The notes under the pieces are model-generated. The model made no database searches. It had not been told where the DNA came from and saw only the letters and a list, made by a program, of their open reading frames with translations. Below are positions 24,401 through 38,385 of a stretch of 64,000 nt of DNA, piece by piece (the stretch's first letter is position 1; each line of letters starts with the position of its first letter). The stretch covers positions 310,001 to 374,000 of the forward strand of contig JAAOMT010000741.1 of assembly GCA_016748015.1 (NCBI GenBank), in the 5' to 3' direction. The stretch is from Geosiphon pyriformis uo1 (taxonomy: Eukaryota > Fungi > Glomeromycota). The position numbers and the translations under genes were made by a program.

Positions 24401-26147
24401 GGTGATCTGTCCATCCATTGGTTTCCCCAGCTCATGTTTGTGTCAATGTTTCTAATAATTTTTTGGCTGGTATGATTCATATTCTTTTTGACTGCAAGTT
24501 ATTTTTGGGTGGCTCTTTGGCAAGCTCTTTCCAATTTCACAGTAGGGTACTTATGTCTGTTGTTCTTGGCGAGTTTTTGTTTTGCAAGTTTTTATCTTTT
24601 CTCTGACATTATGGTGTTGTCTTTGTGGACTAGCTTCATGATCATTATGGTAGTGTCTTTAGCTAACACATCTTTAAGCAGTGAAAGAGGCTGGACCCTC
24701 ATGGTTCAGTTCCTGAATGGTTCGAACTTTCTGTTGCATTTTTTATGGATTCTCATTCTTCTCCTTTGGCATTGGCTGGTGTTGGCCCTTTGGATATTTG
24801 TGGTTCTAATAATTTTGTATCTGTCTGTGATTGGCTTTCTCAGGTTGGTGCTAATAGTCTGTCTGTGTACACAGATGGTTTGTTGAAGAATTTGGGCATA
24901 ATTGGTTATAGAGCCAGAGCTGCTGTCTTTTTTGAGAACATTAATTTGGGTTTGAGTGTTGGTGTTTAGGGCTTAGTGTTATCTACTTTGATAGAATTGC
25001 AAGCTATAGCATTGGCTCTAAAGTGCATGTCTGCAGCTTATTCTGTCTATCTGTTTTCAAATAGTCAGATGGCTTTGAATGCTTGCAAGTCGGAGTCTGA
25101 CTTAGTGTGTTCTGATTTTTGCAATCAGTATTGGGTTAAGTGTCAGCATATCAAGAATGTTATTTGCAGTAAGAATTTGAGAGTTAAATGGCACAAGGTT
25201 AAGGGCCACTCTGGTATTTTGGGGAATGATTATACTGATAGCTTTATTAATGCTGCATTTCTCTCTGGTTGGTATCTTCCTTCTCATATTAGTGAGCATT
25301 TTTTGTTGGCAGATGGTGGTGTTGTTTCTGGTAATTCTAGGCACTTTGTTTATGATGTCTTTTGTGCTATTTGTTATGTGCGTTGGGAGGTCAGTTTTGG
25401 TTCTGGATTTCTAGATGGTGATTTGCATTCAGACATTAATTGGCTTTGTTCTTCCAGGGTTTGGCATCCTAATTTGCATATGGCCACTGGTTTCACCAGC
25501 AGGCTAATTGCTGATACTCGAACTTACTTCATAAAGGCTTTGCATTGTTGGCTTCCCATGGCTGTTCAAAAGCGCATTTACAATAAATGTTATCCTAGTG
25601 TTCTGTGTCTGTATTGTGGTGAGGTAGAGGTGTCTAATCATGTGTTTTCTTATGTGATTAATGATTCAGCTCATCATCAGGTCTTGGAATCTTGCATGTC
25701 TTCTTGGAAAGTGCTTTCTGGTTTCTCTCTTTTTTCTTCATCTGTATTGCAGCTGCTGTCAACCTGTGCTTTGGACTTCCCAGTTTCCTCAGCTCTTTAC
25801 AAAAGTTTTGTTTTCAATGGATGGCTTTGGGAGGCTATCTCCGTCTTCTATAATCCCAAAGTTGCTGGTATTAAAATTGCTGATTTTATACAATCTATTT
25901 GTCTTGCTTTCAGAAATGACATTTGGTTGGTCTGTGTTAAGCATTGTGTATTTATGGAAAAGAATGATCTGATCCTAGTAGATGGCTTGATTCCCATCTC
26001 AGTTTCTGGTTTGGTTTCAGGTTCTTGGCTGGTATTATTAAATTGCTTGGTATTGCTGAAGCTTTTGGTGTCTGTTTTGATTTTTGCAAGTCTTGTTCAT
26101 TTTTTTCAGGTATTGGTGACCTGGTTTCTGTCATTATAAGTCCATAG
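21469..26147 (+). pseudogene. LINE-2w ORF2 (APE-RT-RNaseH-CCHC)
   Basis: ATG at 21469 (MSSLV.KVATCNVRG); METKL; TIDYVF; AGAFVDD; VYTDG/ELQAI/KVKGHSGILGN; CLYCGEVEVSNHVF. Confidence 0.92.
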
Positions 26148-26277
26148 TGTTGTCCTGACTGGCTCGAGTGGCTGGTCACATGTAGAAAATGCATGATTTA
26201 TGCTTAGTTTAGATTATTTTCTTGATGTATAGTTCTAAGTAGTGTTTGGATCTCACTTATTAAATAAATAAATAAAA

Positions 26278-27160
26278 AATTATCACTTATTATTTTATCA
26301 AATTATTGAATATTACTAGTTAAATTAATAATTCAATTTGGATAATAAGAAGTAAAAATGATTAAATTACATAATACTCTAAATTATACAATATTCAAAA
26401 ATTTGCTAAAATTTGTAAAATTCATAAAATATTTTAATAGTTCACTGAAATTATCTATAATTTGTAGAAACAACTTGTAATTTGTCAAAATGTATTTTTA
26501 GTTTATTAAAATTATAGCAAAAAGAAAAAAGTTCAAGCTTATAAATTAATACTACAATAAGTTATATAAAAGAAAAGCTTCTCTTTTTGAAAAAATGTAT
26601 TTTAGTTAGAATCAATTATCCTACACATATTTTTACAAGAATACAAATAAAAATTAAATACTTTGAAAACCCAATTTCTTTAAATAATTACATTTAATAT
26701 TTTCCAAAACTCAACTAATATTTTTAAAATTAATTAGCTACCAATTTTAGTAAATTCATTAGTGACTTTAGGCTTAAACAGAAAATAATTCTTTTGACAA
26801 AATTTTATTTTTTTTACATTTTTTTTATTTCTTTTTATTTTTCTTATTATAATTATTAAAATAGTCTATAGACAAAATTTTTGTAAAAAAGTTGACTTTT
26901 ATAGCAAAGTAACTACAAATTTTAATAAGCTTTTAAACAAATAATTTCTAAAAAAGAGTTAACAATTACTATAACATAACTATATAAAAGCAACTAGTAC
27001 AAAATTGGCTATTTTATTTATAAGTCCAACAATTCAAATTATAAGAGATAATTTAAAAATAAATTCAGTTATCAAAGATTCAACTACTTTTAAAAATGTA
27101 AATTTACAGCATATAAATATTAATAATATTTAAGAAAAGAGACCAAAATCTCTGGTAATA
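26278..27160 (+). repeat. A2 5' LTR, main part (remainder at ~19367-19464)
   Basis: Homologous to the A LTR; ends tctggtaata and is followed by a PBS. Confidence 0.85.
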
Positions 27161-29606
27161 TTTGGTGCTTTTCTATGAAAATAACACAGCAATAACAACT
27201 TCAAAGTGGTAATTACATTAAACATAACAACTTTAAAGTACTATCAGTTAATTTACACTTATTGTAAACAATAATTTAAAATCCGAAATGAAATTACAGT
27301 CTTTAAGAAAACACTTTTCCAATATATTGAAAACTGAAATAACAAATACTTTTTTAAAATTACAATATTACAGAAGTCAAATAAAATCTTCTTGAAAATA
27401 TCATCTACTACTCAATTAAAAATTCAGAAAACATTATTGCTAATAGTTGTGCTATTTATTTTGAAGAACTTGAACATAATATTATTATTTTTTGTGAAAA
27501 AAAGTATTCTGCCAACTTATAATTTATTCTTAAACTTGAGTCTAAACTTAAAACAAACAAAAAAAACAAACAGAAAAATACATGACCAATTTACACAACA
27601 CTTAATACACCAAAAACAATCTTTCAATATTTGCAAACACCAGAACAAAAAACTAGTTTTAAATTACCACTTTTAATTACATTTTTTTCAGCTTTACTTG
27701 TTTAAGCCCAAACACCAAATTTATTACTCAACTATTTTTCAAGACTAGAAGATTTTATATTACCAAAAAGCCAATACAACAGTCTAAACAAATTTTCATT
27801 AGTATCAATTTTCTTAATTTCCTAGCAAAAAACCAAAGCAATTATTCTGATAACAACAAAGATATTTTTAAATTCACAAAAAAAAAACCATTAAAAATAA
27901 GGATACAAAAGACATAGTAACCACTATTATAGATAATTATTTAGGACGTTAGAATAAATAACAAACCCATAATTTAGTGTTTAATAGCTGAGAATATTAG
28001 TGATTTCTGAAGACTTTGAAGTTTAAAAGTGTTGGTTAAGTTCTTTGTATAATGAACAGAGATTTAATTAATTGTTTTTTTCATAAATTTTTTTCTTAAG
28101 CATGATAGCCAGTTTATTTTGGCAGTTATGCTTTTCTGATAAGCTATTTTTAAGTTTTTTACTCTTGTTTTTAAGTTTTTTACCAGGCTATTTTTGAAAT
28201 TAATTATTTAGCATTTAATTTTTTTAATCAATTAGTAAATAATAATAATAAAAAACAAAAAAAAAATAAGATATTAGTATCTTATCAATAATTATAATCA
28301 AGAATTATTAATTCAATATAGTTAAGTATTGGATTCTATTAATATAGAGTGTTAATAATAGCAAAAGTAATTAATATTTTTAATTAAACAATAATAATAT
28401 AAGTTTGATAATAATTAAATATTTTATTGATATTAATGTGATTTTATTTCAAGTTATAAAAAACTATTTTTTGAAGGAAGAGATAGAATAAATAGTTATT
28501 GTTAGCTATTATTCTGTTTGAGTTGAATATTTTTTCTGCTTTTAATACTTTTACTATATATACATAATTTATGTTATTACAAGTAATTATTTGGGTGGTT
28601 AGAATAAATAACAAATTCATAACTTGGTGCTTAATAACTTGATAATATTGGTAAATCTGAAGAATTTTGTATCTGAAAGTTTTGATTAAGTCTTTTGTAT
28701 AATGGTTAGAGATTCAATAATGATATCTTTTTGTAATGTTTTTAGTTTTTTTTCCAACTCTTGAGTTGGTATGCTTTGGTGTTCATTGTTACAGATAATT
28801 ATTTGAAGTCTCAATCAAATAACAAACTCATAACTTGGTGCTTAATAGCTAATAAAATTGGTATTATCTGAAAAGTTTTGTGATCTGAAGGTTTTGGTTA
28901 AGTTTTTTATATAATGAACAAAGATTTAATAGTTGTTTTCAGTCACCTTCTGGAATTGCAATTTTGTCAATTCTTTTCTTGGCTTGGTTGCCAGCAATCT
29001 TTTGGTAAGCTATTCTTAATTCTGAGTGTCTATTCTTATTCTTGGGTTTTTTATCAGTGCTATATCCTAATGTTAGTATTCTATGTATTAATTCTTTGTT
29101 AATCAATTTAATAAATAAACAACAAAAGAAAAAAAAAATAAAAGAAAATAAAGAAAAAAAATAAAGAAATAAGCCAAGGCAAGCAAAGTTAGTATCCTAT
29201 CAATTGCCATAATTAAGAGCTATTGGTCCAGTATAGTTAAGTATTATTAATTATCAACATAAGTTGTTAATAATAGAAAGATATATTGTGATAATAATAA
29301 ATATTTTATTGATTTTTGATATTTCCACTTCAAGTTATAAAATACTATCATATGAATGGATAGATGTGAAGTTGAAACTGGGTGTTCTAAACTAAGTATT
29401 TTAGCTAGAGAATTTTGTTTTTTCTGTTTCTAATGCTACTGCTATATATACATAAATTTTGTTATATAAGATTTTTTAAATTCTTTAATTCTTTAGCCAA
29501 AAATCCTGGAATTCTGCAATTCTGCAATTTCTCATACTGGAATTCTGTAATTCTGGAATCCTGCAATTTTTCTAAGAGGAATTCTGGAATTTCACTTTTA
29601 TTATGT

Positions 29607-30521
29607 TGTTACTTATAGAAAAAAAGCATACAAGAAAATAGTAAAAAAAACAAATAAACCAATAGAAAACTAGTAGTTAATACATAAGCATATTGCTCAG
29701 CAATGTAAAGCATTGTCAAAAGTTATAGTACATTGCTCAGCAATGTAAAACATTGTTAAAAATTATGGCACATTGCTTAACAATATAAAGCATTATCAGA
29801 AAATTATAGCATATTGTTTAATAATATAAGTATTATTTAAGAAATAATAGCACATTATTTGAAAATATGAGTGATCTTGTAAAACTCAAATTATGTATAT
29901 ATAGCAAAAGTGTTAGAAGCAGAAAAAACAGATCAGACAGTAAACAACATCTTAGTTAAAATTAACCCCAAGAATCTTTAATTAAAAGAATCATCAATAT
30001 TAATAAAATAAGTATTCACTATTTAAATCTATTTCTTATTATCAACACTCAATATTGATAGTATTCAATACTTAATTATACTAAACCAATAGCTCTTGAT
30101 TATGGTTATTAACAGAATATTAACTTTTCATTGTCTTGGCTTATTTTTTCTATTTTTTTTATTTCTTTTCTTTCTGTTTTTGTTTACTAATTGATTAATA
30201 TGTAAAAGTACTAATGTCAAGATATAGCATTGATAAAAGACCCAAAAATAAGGGTAAACACTTAAAATTGAAGATAGTTTATCAGAAGAATTACTGGCTA
30301 CTACACTAAGAAAGAAATTGACAGAATTGTGATTTTGAAAAATAACAGATAAAACCATTATTGAATTTTTGTCCATTATACAAAGAACTTAACCAAAACT
30401 TTTAAAACATGAAAACCTTTGGAACATAAAAACCTTCAGATATTACTAACTATATTATGTATTAAATACCAAGTTATGGATTTGTTATTTGTTTTAAAAT
30501 CCCAAATAATTATCTGTAACA
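29607..30521 (+). repeat. Element B 5' LTR
   Basis: TGTTAC...GTAACA; co-linear with the split 3' LTR. Confidence 0.92.
29688..29870 (+). repeat. ~40-bp tandem repeat in the B LTR with palindromic core ACATTGCTCAGCAATGT (also at ~48100-48285)
   Basis: Four to five decayed copies of gcacattgctcagcaatgtaaagcattgtcagaaattat. Confidence 0.8.
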
Positions 30522-30583
30522 TTTAATGCTCTTTGTAAGGTATAATCTTACAGAGAGCCAGCACCAACACCAACTATTTAAAA

Positions 30584-33500
30584 GTGGCAGAATTAGAAAG
30601 AAGAAGAACAAACTATTTAGAATTTGCCAAATTCTTATTTCAACACTACTATTAACATTTAAGATTAACCAACAACCAACTATTAGCAGAATCAGCCTTC
30701 AACTTTTACATCAACAAAAGAAATAAATATTTCCTAGAAGAACCAGTAAATACAAAATTAGCAAGAAAAAATTTCTACAGTGAATTAATTCAATATATCA
30801 GTTTACCAGTAAACTACAACTTTGTTTCGATTATCATTAAAATTAACAGAGAAATTGAAAATCATATTCAACAAACATTTTTTATTACTTATGTAGAAAA
30901 AGGCAAAGAAAAACTCCAAACACCAACAGAAAACCCAAAGCAAATACAATTATCTACTTAGAAGAAACAAAAAGTTAATTTATTGGCTAATTTATTTTAT
31001 TATTACATGTCTGGAAGTATTATCAATATAACATCAATAAGTACATCCACAGCAAATACAACAATTCTATTAAACAGACTTCTGTTCCAAAGTAAACAAA
31101 AGAAAGCAAAGTTATTAGAAACCTATGGCAATTATTTAAGAGATTTAAATCATGATCTTCAATGCCATTAGAATTTTAATTACTGTCATCTTAACCAAAT
31201 TTTGGAACTGCTAGTCCTTAGGAAGTAACAGAATTGAAAAAAAAAAACAAAAATTGGAAATTTAATTATCAAAACCCAATTCCAGGAAACCCAGAAATAC
31301 AAATCCTAATTATTCTAACTTAGCAAAATCAGAACAATCTAAACACCACTTCTATTGTTTCTCAAAACTTATCTCCCAAAATTGTGATCGATTCATCACC
31401 AGTCTTACCAATTGCCAAACAACAACAACAACAGCTACAACCATCAGCTCAACAACAACTTCAATAACAACCACCACCACTAACACTGATGGTCTATGTA
31501 CTAATTGCAAAACTCAAGAAATTTACTAGCAAAAAAGACAATGGACAAATATGGCTCAATGACATAGAAAAAACCATTGCAGCCAATAAATAGGATAATG
31601 CCAGAACATTACAGACAATTCCATATTTCCTTCAGGATACCATCAATTCATGATATCAAAGTCTGATTCAGAAATCCCAAGATTTTAATGCATTTAAAAT
31701 TGAATTCCTAAGATATTTTAGTAATAACAATAGTATTAATTACCTAGCAAATAATTTCACAATCATCAAACAGGGAGATACTAAAGCAATTATTACATAC
31801 CTAAGATGCTTTTATTGCAATCTGTATCAAATACAAGCAATAGATGCAAATTACTTTACAGCATCACAAATTCTGAACCAGTTTATCCAAGAACTATACA
31901 GTAGCATTCTTCAGCATATATGTCCAATACATCCACAAACTTTCCAAGATGCAATTATTAACATCTGAGATTTTAAATCAGCTAAACTTGAAGCTAACCA
32001 TGCCCAAACTATTAATCTAGTAATGAATGGATTATCTGAATTGGATTCCAAATTAAAACAATTCAGTAATTCAATTAATCAAAAATTAGAGAAATACTTA
32101 GCTAACAACAATCAGGTCATTTATCAATCATCACAATGTTATAACAATTCTAGAGCCTACAATTAGCACCAAAATCAATCACATTCTGTATCATCATTAA
32201 CTTAACCATCATGGCAATAAGAGACACATATCTGTCACAATTGTAGTAAACAAGGTTACATCAGGGTTGACTGCCATGCCAAAATAAATAATCAATGATT
32301 AGGAAATCAATATTGAAAACTTAATTACAGATTACAAACCCCAAACTATATTAACAAGCTATTTAATAATCTATATCAATATCAACCTCATTATTTATAA
32401 ATAATACAACCATTAATATACATACCTCCAATTTATTAAACTTTAGCCTCAGTTATTTATTAACCACAGCCACAAATAATGTATTAATCTTAATTTATTT
32501 CAATACCACCACAAAACCTAGCTTAGATATCATTCAAAAATCCAAGACTGAGAATTATTCACACTCAACAAAACTGGCAATTGGTAATGGTCATATATCA
32601 ACTGATTCCCAGCTCCTTACAACAGCCATTAAGATTATGCCAGCAGAGTTTGGGAACTAGGTACAATTAAAACCCAAATTCTCAGAACTATTTAAGTCTC
32701 CTAATTACTCCAGAAGACATTAAACCCAACAATCAGAAACCTAATTAAATCCAACTCTTCATTAATAACATATCTCCAGCAATCATTACTGAAAACAAAT
32801 TACTTACCACCATCTTTTTCTTTGAACTAGAACACCCAGAAGTTACAATTCAGTCAAAATGGCTAATACATTCAAGGACCAGCCACTTGTGGTCATTTCA
32901 AAACTACCATCCCACTAGCACTATTAATAGAATTTGAGAAAGAAGAAAAAAAACCTACCTGAAAAGCCTATCAAGTTTCATGAACTGAAACTAACCACAA
33001 TAAATTGTCACCAATACTCTCTTGAGACAACAAAAGAAAAAGGAAAGAAAAAGATAAGTCACAAAAAGACACTATTAGTAGTAAAATCACTAGTGACTAG
33101 AAAAGATTTTACTCAACTGACATTAGGCTAAAACTCTTATATATGCTATTAAAATGTAAAAACTGCAAAAAAAAGCTGTCCTCCATAAGAGCTTAAATTA
33201 CACCTGCTGAAAACTATTGAACATGTATCCATTATTACTGTAAGCTATATTACTGAGAATAATATGGCTATCCAAAATGACAAGACAAATAGAACAATAA
33301 ACTATGTCTTACTTGTGAAGAACAATTACTTGACAAAAGAATATGGAATAACATTCCTAGAAAAAGAGAAACATATAATGTTTTTTAACATCACATAGAA
33401 CTGAGTTTTGTTACACTTAAACAGTTATCCACACAATGAAAACAAGATTTGGAAAATGGCAAAAGCTAAAGTCAAAGGTGTTTTGCTCAATGAAATCTTG

Positions 33501-36195
33501 TAAATAAAGAACAACCTATTGAAACCAGTTAATGTCATTTTCATTCCCAATTCCGATGCATTTTTTAATATTGAAACAGGCTCAGAAGAATTTTATGAAC
33601 ATTACCAAAACTTAGCACCCACCAAAAAAAAGCAAGAACAGTATTTGAAACAGTTAAATGCAACACTGTGTAGATATTTTCTAATTCCCAATGACTTTGA
33701 ATATTGTGATAATTGTAATATTGTTTACAATCAATCATTATGAATAATCTATTTAATCTCCAAAGAAAAAGAACCAATTAGCAAGTATGTAGCAGAATCA
33801 GAATCAAAGTTCAATTCTGATTCAAACTCCAACAATAATGATGATAATAACAGTTCTAGTTCCATTAAAATTGGCAATAATGACAGTGCTAATTCAAATC
33901 TCAATTTAAACTCAAAACAATATATTACACTCCTTGATCTGTTAAAGGAGCAAAAACTCAGATGGTTTAGTAATAATGATGAAGATATTATGTCAAAATG
34001 CACATATAATACTGATATAAGATTTGATTTAAGATATCTGGGAAAAGATACCATCAAACTGAAACCATATTTGTGCATCTGCATTGATCTGAAAATAGCA
34101 CTGGAAATTCTAGCAACAATAATGGTTCAATTAGCACCTAAATCTAGTTTAGCAAAGAAGAAAATCAACATTAGAGAAGGAATAATTAATGCAAAATATG
34201 TAGAAAATATTATTGTAATACTATAAAATGACTTAAAAAAAGAATATATTATTTAACCAAATAAAAAAATAGCACAAACAATATTTTACCTTTGGTAAAA
34301 ATAGCTTAATTAGTGTCAATAGAAAAAAAAAAGAATTAGGAATAACAACAAGAAAAATAAGTGAATTTAGATTTATGAGTAGAATATACATACTAGTTAA
34401 TATGACAGAGAAAGAAATTATTAACAAAGAAGAATTTATCTTTACTCATCAAACAATTTTCATTCCACCATATGACCAGTATTTAGTAGTTATAAAAAGA
34501 AGAGTAAAAGATCAGTCTCAGATTTTTGAAACAGAAACTACTATTTGTAAATCAGGAAAAATTGCTATTACCAATCTCTATATATTGGTTAAAAATAACA
34601 AACACATCAAAATTTTTATTTACAACACAACTGGAAACATCATTAAAATATCAAACAGAACTATTATCAAATACTTAAGCACTAAGGTTAAGAACCAATC
34701 ACCAAACACCATTCCAGATTTTTTACAACTTTGTAAATATGTGGACATTATATTATAAACAATATACAAATAAGAAAAATATTATTTGCTCTAATTAAAA
34801 CAATTAAAACAAATGAACTTGGGAAATCTAAACTCACTTCAACATATACAATTCAAGATGTTACTTAATAATTTTACTAATATCTTTACCAGTAAAAATA
34901 AATTTAATAGAGCTGATATTATCCAGCACCAGATCAAGACTGGAAATACAATACCAATTAAACAAAGAGCATACAGAGTACTACTAGCCAGCCATAAAAT
35001 TATCTGACAAGAAATTAACAAAATATTAGACAATGGGTTAATTCAACTATTAATAAGTCCATGGTTATTACCAGTAGTATTAATTCATAAGAAGAATAAA
35101 AAAATCCATTTTTGTGTGAATTATAGAAAACTCAATGATATAACTCATAGAAACAGCTATCTTACTTCACAAATCCAAAAATTATTTGATGCATTTGAAG
35201 GAAAGAAATAGTTCTTTACATTAGACTTAAATAGTGAATACTAATAAGTAGTCATAAATTTAGCCAATAAAAAAAAACCATGTTCACTATTAGAAATGAA
35301 AATTTTGAATTTGAAGTTATACTATGCAGTTTAACCAATGTACCAACCACATTCCAATAGTTGATGGAAATTGTTTACACTAGACTGCTATGGAAATCAG
35401 TAGTAGTTTACTTAGATAACATCAATATATTTTTAAAAACATTTGATGACTATCTTTATTATCTACAACAAGTGTTTGAAAAATTAAAACAAATAGGGCT
35501 AAAGTTAAATATCACCAAATACTTCTTTGACAAAACAGAATTGAAATTTTTGGGACATGTCATAAGCAAAAATGACATTAAAACAGATCCAAATAAAATT
35601 GAAATAGTCAAAAACTTTTTAGTACCAACAAATTTAATAGAACTACAAGCATTTCTGGGATTTGCTAAATACTACCATTGCTTTATTCAGAATTTCTCAA
35701 AAATAGCTTAATCATTCTATTAGCTCCAAGCCAAAAATATAAAATATGAATGGACCAAAACCCAACAAGAAACTTTTGATATTTTAAGAAGAAAGCTTAT
35801 TTAAGCCCTAGTACTGATTTATTCAAATCACAATAAGCCATTTATCATTACTATTAATGCATCTGGTCAAGCATTGGGAGCAGTATTATTTCAGAAAGGA
35901 CTAGATAAAAAAAACATCTAGTAGTATATGCTAAGTCCAGCTGAAAAGAACTATAAAACACCAGCACTAGAACACTTAGCTATCTATTGAACAGTCATAA
36001 AATGGAAGAAATACTTAAGCCAGAAATTTGACATATATATTGATCACAAAAGATTGACATCAATTCAGAAGCAAAAATTTGGAGATGACTATCATGTCAG
36101 ATAAAAAATAGAACTTTTACTATTCAAATATATAGTACATTATAAAAAAAAAAAATGGAAATGCTAACAGTTTGTCATAAATAAAACAAATCTAA
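30584..36195 (+). pseudogene. Element B Gag-(deleted PR)-Cys-rich-dUTPase-RT-RNase H
   Basis: CHNCSKQGYIRVDC knuckle; dUTPase ~33990-34380 (RFDLRY, KSSLAKK, EGIINAKY); VVVYLDN; ends NANSLS.IKQI-TAA. Confidence 0.85.
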
Positions 36196-37418
36196 GAACA
36201 TTTCAATCCAAAAATATAACAAAAGATAAACACACAAAAATTTAACATTATATTAATACTCAACAGTTTAAAGAGAAATTATTTCAAAAAGAACAAAACA
36301 ACATAAAACAACAATCAAAATATTTTATCATTCACCAAAATATATTATATCGAAAAAACAGAAAGAATTCAGATCAACTACTCAAAATAATTACAAAACC
36401 AGAGAAAAAAACAATACTATACAACATGTACTTAGATCTGACTGCAAAACATTTTCATAAAAAAGCAACCATAAAAAAAACCAGAAAAAGATATTATTAG
36501 CCATTAATATATCCAAATATTATTTAATATGTTTAAAATTGTAATGCTTGTCAGAAAAAAAGAAAAACAAGATCCAGTAAACTACTAAGACCAATTAGAG
36601 TAAAACAACCATTTGATAGAATTAGAATTGACTTAGTTAGATCATTAATGATAACCAGCAGAGGCAATTATTATATAATAGTAGCTATAAATTATCTCAT
36701 AAAATGGCCAGAAGCAAAAGCAATTCAAAGAGCAAATGCAAAATCTATGGTCAAATTTATTCATCAAAATTTAATTTGTTAACATAAATGCCCAAAAAAA
36801 TTGTTATCAGATCAAGGAATTTACTTTATAAACAGAACATTAACAGAATTAAGCCAAAGATTTAAAATTAAAAAATCATTATCATCATCATATCATCCAC
36901 AAACAAACAGCTTAGTTAAAAAGTTTAACAGAATATTGTGTGAAGCAATTGCCAAAATCAGTCAAAAAAACCAGGACAAATGGAATTTATTTATATTATC
37001 AGTATTATTTGCTTATTGAACAATAAAACAAGATACTACACAAGCAACACCATTCAAATTAATATATGATAAAACAACAAAGTTACCAGTTAAGATAAAA
37101 ATCAATACTTACTCAACAAAACCAATAACAGAAGACAATTTCCAAAAAACTCTGTTAAGAAGAACATATAACTTAAGAGAAACACTAGAAAACAAGTAAT
37201 AAAAAGCAGTTGATAACATTCAAAAGTCACAAACAAAACAAAAAAAATGACATAATAATTAGTTATTAGATAAATCTGTCGAATTCAAGATTGGAGACAA
37301 AGTACTATTATATTGTATCAAAGAAAAAAACCAATGGAGTAAAAAATTTGATCCCAAATAAAATAGATCATTTTACATAGAAGAAATTCTAGAAAATAAA
37401 GCTTATAAACTAAGATGG

Positions 37419-38303
37419 TGTTATGGTTTAAGAATTTAGCAAAAGAATCATAAAAATAATATAAACTATTCAATCATAATATAGTGCAATAATAATCTTA
37501 AAAAGATAATAATTAACATAGTAGCAAACACCATTTCATGATAGTAGCAAGCACCAGTTCACAATAGCAGTCAACACCAACTGGTGATAGCAGCAAACAC
37601 CAAGTTGAAATATCAAAAAAAAAGTATTATAATGTGTTTTCTCATAGAACTACAAACATGTATATATACAGTAGCTTTAATATTGAGAAAAGTCAATAAA
37701 ATAATAAAAATTATAACTTATCAAGCAATAGATTCAATTTATCCAACAAACTCCACTTTAAAATCATATCTTTAAATTAAATATTCCAAAAAATCTTTAA
37801 ATCAAAAAAAAATCAAAAAAAATCAAAAAAAATATTTAAAACTGAATTATCACAACCCCAAAGTAGTAAAAAACTTACTTGTGTTAATTATTGAATGAAA
37901 CTAACATTCATCAGTTGAATTCTTTGAAAGAATAATTCCTGATCAAGATTATTCACATTGTTACTAATTGATAAAAGTTTTATTGTGAGAATTAGGAAAA
38001 ACACTAAAGACCATTAACATTCTGTGTTTCTAGATTAGAGAAATACATCAGACAATTGCAAAGATAGCCTCAGAGAAGACCCCAGACAGTGGGTAGATTT
38101 CAGCTCAGTCTCTGAGAAGGAGTACATAAACACACACAACAATCAGGAATTGAAAAATAACTTACATCGTGACATTAAAAAGAAAGCCTTCAATATAACA
38201 GTGACATTATCACACAAATAGAATTGAGGAACTCACAAGAGACTGATTGCAATTAAAATGGAATATCAGCAATTAAATATACCAAGAAAACCATTCTGTA
38301 ATA
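37419..38303 (+). repeat. Element C 5' LTR
   Basis: Matches 46255-47129 and 48712-49585; contains about four copies of atagcagcaaacacca. Confidence 0.94.
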
Positions 38304-38385
38304 TTTGGTGAACTCTATAAGGAAAGAAAATCAAAAAAGAAATAATAATTAGCAATAATTCATTGCTAAAAAGGAAGAGACAAAA

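Larger units (their letters stand above)
19465..26277 (+). mobile_element. LINE-2w: full-length decayed LINE with a 10-bp TSD
   Basis: TSD AATTATCACT at 19455-19464 and 26278-26287; tail taaataaataaataaaa; inserted into the A2 5' LTR. Confidence 0.93.

Noticed and set aside
29688-29870. Regularly spaced palindromes resembling a CRISPR array
   Set aside because: The spacers are themselves repeats, the array lies within both B LTRs, there are no cas genes and the context is eukaryotic.
37584-37775. Short ORF repeated in C LTRs (also 48877-49122)
   Set aside because: It recurs only because LTRs are duplicated; it is broken in the third copy and has no ATG start or motif.
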